The notes: a model not told the origin generated them from the sequence alone. 53,318 bases of DNA from Octopus sinensis (GCF_006345805.1 NW_021835367.1:1-53318); one strand, 5' to 3'. Shown: positions 1 through 12,211, counted from the stretch's first letter. Numbers and translations: made by a program.

Positions 1-62
1 GTGACAGAAAGAGTGAATGAACGAAGGCGGCGTGAGAGGGAAAGAGACGAAGAGGAAGACAT

Positions 63-93
<31 letters not shown>

Positions 94-496
94 AGGAGTG
101 AGGGAGAGAGAAAGAGAGAAAAGAAAGGAGAGGTAGACAGCAGAAATAGATATACAGATACAGAGAGAGAGGGGGAGAAAGAGAGCTCGAAAAATGTGCG
201 TTGAGGATAGGAGGGAGAATAAAGGAAGGCTAAGAGTGAAGAGGGAGAAGTGAGTGACAGGCATAGGTGAGAATTGAACGTGGGAACTTTAACTACACGG
301 GAAGATTTAGAACCGGATGTTAATTATTCCTCAGAAAAAACAACAAAACAATTCCCTTGGAATGTCCAGGTTACCTCCTCATTTTGTGTCACAACAACCT
401 GAGAAGAAACGCCATTAGAACGGAATTTAACACCGTCCATGTCCCGGATCGTGCATGAGACAGTGACCCGTGATACGTAAATATTGATTTCATGTT

Positions 497-1113
497 AAGG
501 CGGCGAGCTGTCAGAAACGTTAGCATGCCGGGCGAAATGCGTAGCCGTATTTCGCCTGCCGTTACGTTCTGAGTTCAAATTCCGCCGAGGTCAACTTTGC
601 ATTTCATCTTTTCCAGGTCGATAAATTAAGTAGCAATTACGCGCTGGGGTCGATGTAATCAACTTAATCCGTTTGTCTGTACTTGTTTGTCGCCTCTGTT
701 TAGCCCCTTGTGGGCAATAAAAAAATAGGTATTTCGTCTGCCGTTACGTTCTGAGTTCAAATTCCGCCGAGGTCAACTTTGCCTTTCATACTTTCGGGGT
801 CGATAAATTAAGTACCAGTTGCGAACTGGGTCGATATAATCGACTAAATCCCTTTGTCTGTCCTTGTTTGTCCCCTCTATGTTTAGCCCCTTGTGAGCAG
901 TAAAGAAATAGGTATTTCGTCTGTCTTTACTTTCTGAGTTCAAATTCTGATGAGGTCGACTTTGCCTTTCCTCCTTTCGGGGTCGATAAATTGAGTACCA
1001 GTTACGCACTGGGATCGATGTAATCGACTTAGTCCGTTTGTCTGTCCTTGTTTGTCCCCTCTGTGTTTAGCCCCTTGTGGGCAGTAAAGAAATAGGTATT
1101 TCGTCTGTCTTTA
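497..1113 (+). mobile_element. tRNA-derived SINE (family A here), one full copy followed by headless tandem units
   Basis: Head AAGGCGGCGAGCTGTCAGAAACGTTAG with B-box GAGTTCAAATTCC, core CTTTGCCTTTCATCCTTTCGGGGTCGATAAATTAAGTACC, tail ending AAAGAAATA. Units restart at GGTATTTCGTCTG at 728, 911 and 1095. Confidence 0.9.
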
Positions 1114-1116
1114 CTT

Positions 1117-1317
1117 ACAGAGAGGACAAACAAGTACAGACAAACGGATTAAGTTGATTACATCGACCCCAGCGCGTAATTGCTACTTAATTTATCGACC
1201 CGGAAAAGATGAAATACAAAGTTGACCTCGGCGGAATTTGAACTCACAACGTAACGGCAGACGAAATACCGCTAAGCATTTCGCCCGGCGTGCTAACGTT
1301 TCTGCCAGCTCGCCGCC
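1117..1317 (-). mobile_element. SINE family A, inverted copy
   Basis: Reverse complement of family A ending ...CTGCCAGCTCGCCGCC. Confidence 0.9.
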
Positions 1318-1779
1318 CGGTTAACGATTTTGCCAGCTCATCAGCTTCGTTGTCCACATTATATTGAGCGCTGTGTGTAGTTATCTCCCTTGTGCAACGT
1401 CAACGCATTGTTTTAACGTACACGGAGCTTACTGCTTTATAGTTAGCAGATGTGGTTGCTCTTAAAACACTGTTAGTTCACTCCCGTGGAGGGCCTCTAC
1501 TCAATTATTGCACTCCTCGCATGCGATCTTATCTCAACCAAATCGCCATAAAATAAAAAAAAAAAAAAAACCCAGCAACAAAGAACAAAAACCTCTAAGG
1601 ATCTACGAATGGATATCGCGTACCAGATATCAGATATCAGATAAACATGATAAAAAAACACAAAACAGAACAAAACAATACAAATGTCTCTCTTTTATGG
1701 GCTTTCATTAATTTCTTCCTTTTTTTTTGTTTCCTTTCCTTTCTCTCTTTTATTCGTTTGGATACAGATATACATTCAT

Positions 1780-2320
1780 ACATAAATACACACACACCAC
1801 ACATATATATATATACACCACACACATATATATATATACCACACACACATATACCCACATAATACATCATATATACATACATACTTCTATATATATATAT
1901 ATATATATATATTCACATACTTGCATTCTTACATACAGAGGTATTATAAATATAGTTAGCATATATATATAGTCATCTCCAAACCTTCTAATATATATAT
2001 ATATGTATACATATATACACACATACACACACACATACATATAGATATATATATATATATATATATGCATATATATACATATATATAATATATATATATA
2101 TATATAATATTATTTACACACACACATATATATACACACATATATATATATACATACATACATACATATATATATATATAAATATGTATGCATGTATGTA
2201 TATATGTACATATATATATGTGTGTATATCTATATATTATATTAATGTGTGTGTTGTGTTGTGTGTATGTTATATATATATATATAATATATATATATAT
2301 ATATAATATAATATATATAT
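1780..2320. repeat. (TA)n/(CA)n compound microsatellite; similar tracts at 4760-5200, 5570-5680, 6420-7330, 20390-20640, 27380-27900, 28200-28800, 31760-32260, 32640-32980, 49650-50940
   Basis: Dinucleotide and tetranucleotide runs seen directly; they explain the YI/CV/HT-rich pseudo-ORFs. Confidence 0.95.
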
Positions 2321-2323
2321 TTG

Positions 2324-2553
2324 CAGGGTGGGGAAGCAAAACTTGCATTAAATGTTGCAGTAAGATTTCACAGCAACCACCACAGCACCAAATGATATGA
2401 GACCAAATGCAGAACAAAGAATACATTGTCAGCTAATAATAAACTCATATTTTTTTCAGCAATATTGGAGAATATGACTGCGCAAGGAGACAAAAGCCAA
2501 AGAGTATGCGATTTGATCCTTTCACAAGTTGATCCGAAGACTATCTCAAGCAT
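2324..2553 (+). mobile_element. Possible 5-prime fragment of a Tc1/mariner-superfamily element
   Basis: Starts CAGGGTGGGGAAGC after a TA tract. The following MTAQGDKSQRVCDLILSQVDPKTISSI resembles transposase N-termini (from memory). Cut by a SINE at about 2556. Confidence 0.3.
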
Positions 2554-3080
2554 AGGCGCAGGAGTGGCTGCGTGGTAAGTAGCTTGCTTACCAACCACAT
2601 GGCCCCGGGTTCACTCCCACTGCGTGGTGGTGGTTACGATTTGTTGGTTGTGGTTGCAACCGAAGAAGAGAAAGAGTAATACACCCCCACCACCTCCACC
2701 ACAAATGGTGCGCAACCTAGGGCATGCTCCCTCACTCAATCGCAGACACACACACAGACACACACACACAGACACATACGCTTACACATACATACAACAT
2801 CCACACAGTGTCTCACACACACTGTCACATGCACGCCCCTCACTGTCACCGAGGAAGATAAATTCAGAGAGTGAGACAGACCACATCTCTCTCTCTCTCG
2901 CATTCTCCCTCTCTCTCTCCCACTTACAAAACACATTACAACAACTAAGCAAGAACAATGCCATTATATTGTCACTATATTAGTGTCATTTCCCAAGCAG
3001 GTTGGGGCGTTGCCTTTCTTGGATGATCATAGACAGAGATTATTAATGGAACAGACTAGAAAATCTTCCTAAAAGGCCGA

Positions 3081-3144
<64 letters not shown>

Positions 3145-3325
3145 GTGGTAATCTTGTGCACAGTGTCATTTCTCTTACGAGCATGCAGAGGAAATAAGTC
3201 CTTCAGACAATATCTAGATACACCGATCTATAGACCACATTGTACACAGCCAATACATACACACACAGACACACACACACACAAATGTGTTTGTAAATAT
3301 TTTATTTTTTTTATTTATTTATGCG

Positions 3326-3763
3326 CCCCTTTTCAAGCCTAGCCAGGCTCATGGGCCGGGTTTCCCTGTTTCTATGGCGTATGTGTTCCCCACCCGCAGC
3401 TGGACGGGACGCCGGTCCGTCGCATCGTTACTCAAGAAACTGGAACAAAGAGTGAGAGAAAGTTGGGGCGAAAGAGTACAACAGGGACCACCACCACCCC
3501 CTGCCGGAGCCTCGTGGTGCTTTCAGGTGTTTTCGTTCAATAATCACACACAATCGAAACCTCACTCAATCGCAGACACACAAAGAGACACACACACACA
3601 GACACATACGCTTACACATACATACATCCACACAGTATCTCACACACAGTGTCACATGCACCCTCCCCACCGTCACCGAGGGAGATAAATTCAGAGAGTG
3701 AGACAGACCACATCTGGGAATCGAAACCGCGATCCTCCGCCCTAACCACTGGGTCATTGCGCC
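3326..3763 (-). mobile_element. tRNA-derived SINE family B with an internal 155-bp insertion
   Basis: Head GGCGCAATGACCCAGTGGTTAGGG...GGTTTCGATTCCC on the minus strand; body shared with the copies at 5686, 12737 and 38781. Confidence 0.85.
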
Positions 3764-3835
3764 TCCACATGGAAAGGAACAACGCAATTATTAATAAGAA
3801 GAGTTGAAATTAATACATGCAGGATTTCACATCTC

Positions 3836-4265
3836 GGATTTTTTCGGTTTGAACGGCAGTTTTTAAAAATAATTTCCACGTAACTAAACATTTTAAAACT
3901 TCGTATACTGGTAGAATGTGTTTACAAAACATCTTTTTCTCTTGGCTTTTTTGAGAAAATTCTATAGTTTGTAAGATATTTGTTGTTTTTCTTCTTCAAT
4001 TTATGCAATTTCAACCAATCAATGACGTCTATTGAGGTAAAAAACCCCATTCTGTGCCGTATGAATATGTCCCTCGTTTAAGAAACAGATTGGGTTTATT
4101 TACATTTCTGAAGAAAAAAAGATACCTTTCACCTAACCCTAACCCTAACTAACCCTAACCCTAAAACAGATTGAAATGCAATAGATCGATACTAGGGTCA
4201 TAATTATGGGTGACAATTTCATATGACACCACTAGAAAAAACTGCCGTTCAAACCGAAAAGATCC
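3836..4265 (+). mobile_element. Non-autonomous TIR element (about 430 bp) containing CCCTAA telomere-like repeats
   Basis: 29-bp TIR GGATCTTTTCGGTTTGAACGGCAGTTTTT (1 mismatch in this copy); flanked by a 20-bp direct repeat CATGCAGGATTTCACATCTC at 3816-3835 and 4266-4285. Confidence 0.9.
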
Positions 4266-5576
4266 CATGCAGGATTTCACATCTCTAGCATCACCTCTTC
4301 AAAGTCCACCTATGAACATTTCAGCCCAACCTCGCTGTTAGACTTTAATAATATAGGCACAGAAAGACGAAGTTGGAAAGACAAAGATTTGAACTTGGAA
4401 CGTTGATCTAAGCCGTAGATTGACCCGAGATCGCAAAGAGTTTGTTCGGTGGGATGTAGGGTAAACTCCAGCGGGGCACATGTCACGTTGCCCTACATAG
4501 ATTGTCCCTTGTTAGTTAGATGGAATGTTGGATGTTGATGGGTGTTGAAAAAAAAAAACCAGCTTCAAGAACCCGTTGTGCAGCTAGAAGAAGGGGAGGG
4601 AAGAAAGGGAGAAAGGGTGAGAGAAAGAGGGAGACTGAGAAAAAGGAGAGAGGCAGGGAGAGGTAAGAACTGAGACAGAGAAAGAGGCAGAAAGAGAGAC
4701 AGTGGGAGAAAGAGAGGGGAGTGAGAAATGAGAGAGACAGAATGAGGGAGAGAGAGGATATATGTGTGTGTTGTGTGTGTGTGTGTGTGTATGTGTGTGT
4801 GTATGTGTGTGTATGCGTGTGTGTGTGTGTGCATGTGGGGTTGTGTTCGTGTATGTGTCTGTGGGCGTGTGCGCCCATGTGTGGTATCTACAAATGTGTA
4901 TGTGTGCGTGTTTGTGCGTGCGGGCGTATATATGTAAGTGTGTGCGTGTGCGTGCATGTGTATGAGCGTGTGTGTGGTGGATAGGTGCGTGCGTGTATGC
5001 ATATATGTGCAAATGTGTGAGTGTATGTGTGTGTATGTATGTGTGTGTATGTATGTATGTGTGTGTGTATGTATGTTGTGTGTGTCCATGTATGTGTGTG
5101 TGTATGTTGTGTATGTATGTGTGTGTGTATGTATGTGTGTATGTATGTGTGTGTGTATGTGTGTGTGTATGTATATGTGTGTGTGTATGTGTATGCGTGA
5201 GCAGCTATAAGCTACATCTCTTTACTCCGTAGAAACCAGTGGTGAGATTGTTGTTATTGTTGTTGTTGTGGGTGGTGGTGAGATAGCATAACTATTCTGT
5301 TTTTTCATTTTTATTATTTTCTTTTTGTACTCCTCGCCAACTCCCCGAATAACTACGCACCAACTCAGGTGGTCCACATACATTTACATACATACATTGA
5401 TGTATATTATATATATATATATATATGCATTCCGAGACACACGCGCACACACACATGTTTACGCGCGCATTCTCCCTACTTCCTTTACATACACACTCTT
5501 AAAACACAAAGGTTGCAACAACATTATGTAAACCAATGCGCACGTATGTATATACCTACATACCTACATATATATA

Positions 5577-5638
<62 letters not shown>

Positions 5639-5685
5639 ATATATATATATATATATATAATATGTGTGTGTGTGTGTGGTGTGGA

Positions 5686-5976
5686 GGCGCAATGGCCCAG
5701 TGGTTAGGGCAGTGGACTCGCGGTCGTAGGGTCGCGGTTTCGATCCCCAGACCGGGCGTTGTGAGTGTTTATTGAGCGAAAACACCTAAAAGGTCCACGA
5801 GGCTCCGGCAGAGGGTGCAGGTGGTCCCTGCTGTACTCTTTGTCTTACTTTTTCTTCTTCTGTTGGCCTGCTCGCCTAGCCAGCGGGGTGGCGTCATTTG
5901 AAGGCTAAATCAATGCGAAGCGCATTGTGACCAGCGATGTATAGCAACATCTGATAGCCTGGTCGGTCACGGTGAT
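5686..5976 (+). mobile_element. SINE family B, tail variant 2
   Basis: A-box TGGCCCAGTGG, B-box GGTTTCGATCCCC, shared body, tail ending GGTCGGTCACGGTGAT. Confidence 0.9.
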
Positions 5977-7047
5977 ATATATATATATATATACATTATA
6001 TAATATATTATACAGGCCTGGCTGTGTGGTAAGAAACTTGCTTCCCACCCACATAGTTCTAGGTTCAGTACCACTGTATGGCACCTTGGGCAAGTACCTT
6101 TTACAAAAGTCTCAGGGCGAAATGGATTTAGTAGACGGAAACTGAAAGAAGCCTGTCGTATGTGTGTGTGGTGGGGGAGCACACACACGCACGCACACAT
6201 ATATGACTGGCTTGTTTCCGTCCATCAAATCCACTCACAAGGCTTTGGCCGACTGAAACGTTAGTAGAATACACCCCAGGTGCCACGCAATGGGACTGAA
6301 CCTAGAACCATGTGGTTGGGAGGCAAGCTTCTACAAGATAAGTACGAAACGCTTCACGAATTTGCGTGGCCCCTCTAGCAGGGACCATGCTAATGTCTGT
6401 GTCGTTCGAATTTTAGTACATACACACACACACACAAACACACATACACGCAACACACACACACAACACACACACACACACGCACACACACACGTAAAGT
6501 AATTATATGTGTATCTATAACATTAATGTACTTAAAGAAGCAACTATATATATATCTGTATGCGTACATAAATACACACGCGCACACACGCATATATATA
6601 TGAATATATATGTATGTATATATAAACACACACATATATAATTATATATGCATATATATATATGTATGTATGTATGTATGTGTATACATGTGTTGTGTAT
6701 AGAGTGCATTTAATTCTCTCACAAACTTTCCTACTCTCTCTTCCTATGTATGTATGTATGTATGTATGTATGTATGTATGTATGTATGTATGTATGTATG
6801 TATGTATGTATGTATGTATGTATTTACGTACGTACGTACATACATACATATATACATAAATACATACATATATACATACTTACATGCATAAATATATATA
6901 CACATATACGTTATGTATCTGTATGTATGCAAAGAATTAGATACCAATTTTGCTGAGATATTGACACCACCCAAAAATGCATTCCCCGGCGTAACGTCCA
7001 GTACACACACACATCCCAACATATTCACAAAACTATAACGATATATA

Positions 7048-7085
<38 letters not shown>

Positions 7086-7539
7086 CATACATCCCAACAC
7101 ATTCACCAAACTATAATGATATGCGTACACACACACACACACATATATATATACATATATATGCATACACAGACGTAAACATGCACATATACATACATAC
7201 ATGTTTATATGTATGTATATGTATATATATATGTGTGTGTGTATATATATATATATACATATATACATATATGCACACACATATGTATACACACGCGCAT
7301 GTATGTTTGTGAATGTATATATATATATGTATTTATATATAACTACATTATCTATGGTATGTGAGGGAAACCCCCACTGCGATCAAAGAGAAAATTTTAA
7401 AAGGATTCGTGCATTGTCGAAAAGAATAATTTCAAGTATCACTTTCTGCCGATAGCATCGCTCTGAGGGTAATTACCTCAGTTAATGAGGTAACCCACTG
7501 TTTGACCACCCTAGTAAACCAAATTACCACGTGACTCAC

Positions 7540-7614
7540 CCCATTTTTTACGTAATGTCGGCCGTCACCCGATACGGGATAGAAAGCAGTTTGGTATTAT
7601 TGAGGTCGTTCGAC
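7540..7614 (-). other. Candidate 75-bp exon ending in AAAAATGGG, possibly a start-codon exon
   Basis: Acceptor TATTCCATTCCTTGTAG, donor GGG|GTGAGT. All three frames contain a stop, but ATG GG (7544-7540) in AAAAATGG context lies at the 3-prime end. Confidence 0.3.
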
Positions 7615-8112
7615 CTACAAGGAATGGAATAGCAGCCCCGGAATCATTTTTGTTTGTAATGCAAATGTTTTAAAATAATATAACCAGAGCATGATGGGCC
7701 TCAACTCAAACCCTTTTTTGGGGCCTTGAAAGTTTGTGGAAGGAAGGGAGAAGGTTAATCTTAATCCGGAGATTTGTCTCGAATCTTTGCAACACTTGGA
7801 TTTTGTTGAAGTCACCCGAAAGATTCTGGATAGTGGTGTTTTTAAACCGGATGGCAGATTTATTCTGTTATCCAAGGGCAGGAGAAGCACAGTCTACCTT
7901 GGCAGGGTTCCACGCAGCTCCGTTTATTATATTCCACTTACAAGGCTTTGGTCAACTCGAGGTTATGATGGGAGGCGATTGCCCAAGGTGCCACATAGTG
8001 CGCTCGAACACGAAACCACGAAACGACGCATCCATTTCTTGAGGAATCCTCTTAGTAATCGTTCGGCCTGCTAAAAATAACAGCTAAATATCACTCAAAT
8101 CACACTACCTAT

Positions 8113-8334
8113 TTCTTTACTACCCACAAGGGGCTACACACAGAGGGGACAAACAAGGACAGACAAACGGATTAAGTCGATTATATCGACCCCAGTGCGG
8201 AACTGGTACTATTTAATCGACCCCGAAAGGATGAAAGGCAAAGTCAACCTCGGCGGAATTTGAACTCACAACGTAACGGCAGCCGAAATACCGCTAAGCA
8301 TTTCGCCCGACGTGCTAACGATTCTGCCAGCTCG
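8113..8334 (-). mobile_element. SINE family A with 20-bp target-site duplication
   Basis: ACTCAAATCACACTACCTAT at 8093-8112 and 8335-8354. Confidence 0.9.
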
Positions 8335-8694
8335 ACTCAAATCACACTACCTATCGTTGCGACGGAGCTGATTTCTTCCGGGAAAAAAGAGAGAGAAGAT
8401 CCGACCCCAGGACTGACCCACAAGAGGATGAAAGGCAAAGTTGCTCTCGATGAGATTTGATCGATCTCAGAGCACAGATAGCCAAGACGAATATCGGGTA
8501 GCAATTTATCTGACCTTTAACAATTCTCTCAGTTCACCATCATCAAGAAATACATGTACAATATCTTACGTTTATGCATTTGCTTTGCAAGATTCTTGAT
8601 GTGAAATCGTGTGTTGAAACATATATTGTTATATTTGGGGATGGTCGCATTTTGCCAATTAAAGACACTTCAGATTTGTTATGATTTTATTATG

Positions 8695-8876
8695 TTTTTG
8701 TCAAAGCTCTTTGGTCACACATTCTGTGACCTCTTCATCGACTCTATCCCATGTGTCTCCTCTCGTTCTGCTTGCTACAGAAAGACAAAATGGAATAAGC
8801 AGAACAAGAGAAGACAGGTGGCATAGAGAGTGAATGAAGAGGTTACAGGATGTGTGACGAAAGTGCTTTGACAAAA

Positions 8877-8879
<3 letters not shown>
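8695..8879. repeat. Foldback element with about 80-bp imperfect inverted arms
   Basis: TTTTTGTCAAAGCTCTTTGGTCACACATTCTGTGACCTCTTCAT... versus ...ATGAAGAGGTTACAGGATGTGTGACGAAAGTGCTTTGACAAAAAA, with a loop of about 20 nt. Confidence 0.8.
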
Positions 8880-8911
<32 letters not shown>

Positions 8912-8915
8912 TAAT

Positions 8916-9166
8916 AAATGCCCCGATGTAGTACCAGACAGTGGCCCTCATGGCTTCTGATCTTAACTGATTGGAAGTGTTATTATGTACATTGTTTTGT
9001 CTTGGTATAAAAGATGGGCTACAGCAAATATTCTGCTCAATACCACAGATTTGCTTGTCAGTTGTTTGACCTTAACCAGTTGAGCATGTCCCTGAGTGGC
9101 TGACGATATGTGCATCTCTGATCACGAGCAGAAGTAGTGGGGGAGCATCATAGCCATGTGTTGAGA
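8916..9166 (-). mobile_element. 3-prime end of a non-LTR retroelement with (TTA)n tail; longer copy at 47101-47598
   Basis: About 240 bp shared with 47101-47345; the minus strand ends in a TTA tract at 8881-8915. Confidence 0.65.
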
Positions 9167-9282
9167 TCAGCATCATCACCAGCAGCTCCTCTTATTCTAT
9201 CCTTTGCTTTCTGCTATTTCGTATATCTTCTTTTTTTCTGATACAACTTTCTACGTTTCTTGTTGATCTTGTTTGTTTTGCA

Positions 9283-9288
9283 GTTGCT

Positions 9289-9326
<38 letters not shown>

Positions 9327-9355
9327 TGCTGCAGCAGCAGCAGCAGTAGCAGCAA

Positions 9356-9388
<33 letters not shown>

Positions 9389-9450
9389 CAGCAGCAGCAG
9401 TATCAGCAATAGTTGTAGTAGTAGTAGTAGTAGTAGTAGTAGCAGTAACA
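9283..9450. repeat. (GTA)n/(GCA)n trinucleotide repeat; also (CTT)n at 24430-24590 and (GGT)n at 51570-51670
   Basis: Seen directly; source of the poly-S/L/E/H pseudo-ORFs. Confidence 0.95.
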
Positions 9451-10088
9451 GCAATGGTTGTAGTAGTAGTGGTTGTTGCTATTGTTGCTGTCTTCGACGT
9501 CGTCGTCGTTGCTGTCGACTAGAAAAGTTAAAAATTATGAATCAGAAAAAATTTGGAAATGGCGGCCTAAAACAATACATTTTCACAATTGTATTTCATA
9601 TCGTGAGACACAAAGACGAAGACGAACTATCGGTATTGTCAGGGGACGGGTTTTTTTTAGGAGGAGAGAAGAGGTGAGGAGAACCTGTTTATCTTGCTTT
9701 ACACATGTCAATTTGATTGCTCTGCGCAGTGGTTTTTCAGTTCAAGGGCCAACGTTTAAAAAGCTTGTCTTCAAAACCTGACCTCATAGCATTTATATTT
9801 TCAATTGGCACTTTTTAGTCTCTATACCACTGTTGTTGCTGTTGTTGTTTTCGTGTATATTTTACTGTTGACTGTTTCCTGGTGATTTTTTCACCCCCTC
9901 CAATATGGAATATGTCTCAGTGCTTATCACAAGCGCTCTTTCACGTCACTCGCTGACATGAAAGCGGTTGAGTGACGACGACACGACAGCTGCCTGTTTC
10001 AACTAAAGCTTTCACCTGACAAACTATCTGCTCTTTGATAGAAGAGATGATTTGGCAAATCTGTTGCAACAGAAGAGGTCACTTTAAC

Positions 10089-11225
10089 CTATTCCCATAT
10101 TAATTGACATTCCTCCATATTTCCCCACCTTTCCTCACATTTCTCCATATATCCTTTAATTTCCCATATAACCCCATATTTCCCCATATATCTCCATATT
10201 CCCTCTTCATATATTCCTTCTCCATATTTCCTCATATTTCTCCACCGTGTTTCCTTATTTCTTCTACATTTTCCCATATTTCCCATATATCTCCATATTC
10301 CACCATATTCCCTCTTCATATTTCTTCTCCATATTTCCCCACCATGTTTCCCTATTTCTTCTCCATATTTCCTCATATTTCCCCACCGTGTTTCCCTATT
10401 TCTTCTACCATTTCCCCATATATCTCCATATTCCTCCATATTGCCTCATATTTCCCCACCATGTTTCCTTATTTCATCTATATTTTCCCCATATATCTCC
10501 ATACTCTTCAATATTCCCTCTCCATATTTCTTCTCCATATTTCCTCATATTTCCCCACCGTGTTTCCCTATTTCTTCTACATTTCCCCATATATCTCCAT
10601 ATTCCTCCATATTCCCTCTCCATATTTCTTCTCCATATTTCCTCATATTTCCCCACCGTGTTTCCCTATTTCTTCCACATTTCCCCATATTTCCCTATAT
10701 ATCTCCATATTCCTCCATATTCCCTCTCCATATTTCTTCTCCATATTTCCTCATATTTCCCCACCGTGTTTCCCTATTTCTTCTACATTTCCCCATATTT
10801 CCCTATATATCTCCATATTCCTCCATATTACCCACCACACACACATTTCTCCATATTTCCTCATGGCGGTGCCCCAGCATGACCACAGCTCGTGAGCTGA
10901 AACTAGATAAAATAAATATTTCCCCACCGTGTTTCGCTATTTCTTTTACATTTCCCCATATTTCCCCATATAACTCCTTATTCCTTCTTCATATTTCTTC
11001 TCCATATTTCCTTATATTTCCTTATATTCCCCACCGTGTTTCCCTATTTCCATTACATTTCCCAATATTTTCCCATATTTTCTCGTTTCACGATATTTCC
11101 CCTCATTTCCCATATTTCTCAATATTTCCCTATTTCCTTATTCTACCCAGCTACATTCTCCAATATTCCTAATATCTTTCCACATTTCCTCACATTTCCC
11201 CATATTTCCCCATATTTCCCTATAT
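10089..11225. repeat. Pyrimidine-rich minisatellite of about 10-bp TTTCCCCATA subunits with a 98-108 bp higher-order unit
   Basis: Marker CCCCACCGTGTTTCCCTATTTC recurs at 10553, 10651 and 10759. Confidence 0.9.
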
Positions 11226-11354
11226 TTCTTTGTCCACCAGTGACAATATATGTGAAATTATATCGAAACAATTATACCAGGGTCTGATGCTAAACGCTTC
11301 GTCACACACCCGCCCTTTCGCCTCTAATTCGCTCTCTTCGCACCTTAATCTCAC

Positions 11355-11438
11355 CTCCACTCCATCGGTTTGAATGTGCTGCCCTCCTCCGGCGTAGATC
11401 TGATGCAGAATTGCCAGTACCTCATCTTCTTGTTTATA
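11355..11438 (-). CDS. Candidate 84-bp exon, YKQEDEVLAILHQIYAGGGQHIQTDGVE (phase 0-0), product unknown
   Basis: Acceptor CTCTTCTCGTTCTTAGCTAGCAG, donor GAG|GTGAGA, open frame, length divisible by 3, non-repetitive sequence. Confidence 0.35.
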
Positions 11439-11817
11439 CTGCTAGCTAAGAACGAGAAGAGCAGTTTCTGCGAGGACGAGCTTCTGAATAGTTTGTCTAC
11501 GAAATTTCTCCTCATAAATCTTTGGACTAAGCGTGACGATAGTAAATCACAGTTTTGTAGCCAGTTTAGTCGCAGTGTTGCTGTGCAGTGGGATTGAACC
11601 TTAAACCACATCTTTGATCCTTTCCTTGTTTCAGTCATTAGTCTGAGGAATACCTATTCTATCGGTCTATTTTGCTGAAACCCTAGCTAACGGGGATGCA
11701 AACATCAAAGCCAGTTGTCAAGCGATGGTGGGGGGCAAACACAAACCCACAGGCATACGCAGATACACACACACACACGCACACACACACACATGCACAC
11801 ACACACACACACACACA

Positions 11818-11871
<54 letters not shown>

Positions 11872-11977
11872 CTAGCTTCTTTCAGTTTCCGTCCCCCAAA
11901 TTCACTCAACGCTTTGGTCGGGACTGAACCCAGAACTATGTGTTAGGGAAGCAGCACATAGTTGCTTCCCTAACACG

Positions 11978-12211
11978 AAGGCGGCGAGCTGGCAGAAACG
12001 TTAGCACGCCGGGCGAAATGCGTAGCCGTATTTTCGTCTGCCGTTACGTTCCGAGTTCAAATTCCGCCGAGGTCGACTTTGCCTTTCATCCTTTCGGGGT
12101 CGATAAATTAAGTACCAGTTACGCACTGGGGTCGATGTAATCGACTTGATCCCTTTGTCAGTCCTTGTTTGTCCCCTCTGTGTTTAGCTCCTTGTGGGTA
12201 GTAAAGAAATA
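11978..12211 (+). mobile_element. SINE family A nested in a family C SINE (11597-12262, minus strand)
   Basis: 17-bp TSD TATGTGTTAGGGAAGCA at 11937-11953 and 12212-12228. Confidence 0.9.

Noticed and set aside
375-398. Possible 24-bp minus-strand microexon (VVVTQNEE) with TTCTTCTCAG acceptor and GTAACC donor
   Set aside because: Too short to distinguish from chance without transcript data
728-1113. Regularly spaced repeats resembling a CRISPR array
   Set aside because: The units are whole SINE segments with no unique spacers, in a eukaryotic context
4131-4165. CCCTAA repeats as a possible telomere or fusion scar
   Set aside because: Short and always at the same place inside the TIR element
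5686-5760. tRNA-like sequences with A and B boxes, here and at other SINE heads
   Set aside because: They continue into SINE bodies and lack a complete cloverleaf, so they are not tRNA genes
7736-8074. 112-aa ORF
   Set aside because: No recognisable domain, and its 3-prime part runs into a SINE
10089-11287. ORFs of up to 263 aa (FPHISP-rich)
   Set aside because: Open in several frames only because the satellite lacks stop codons
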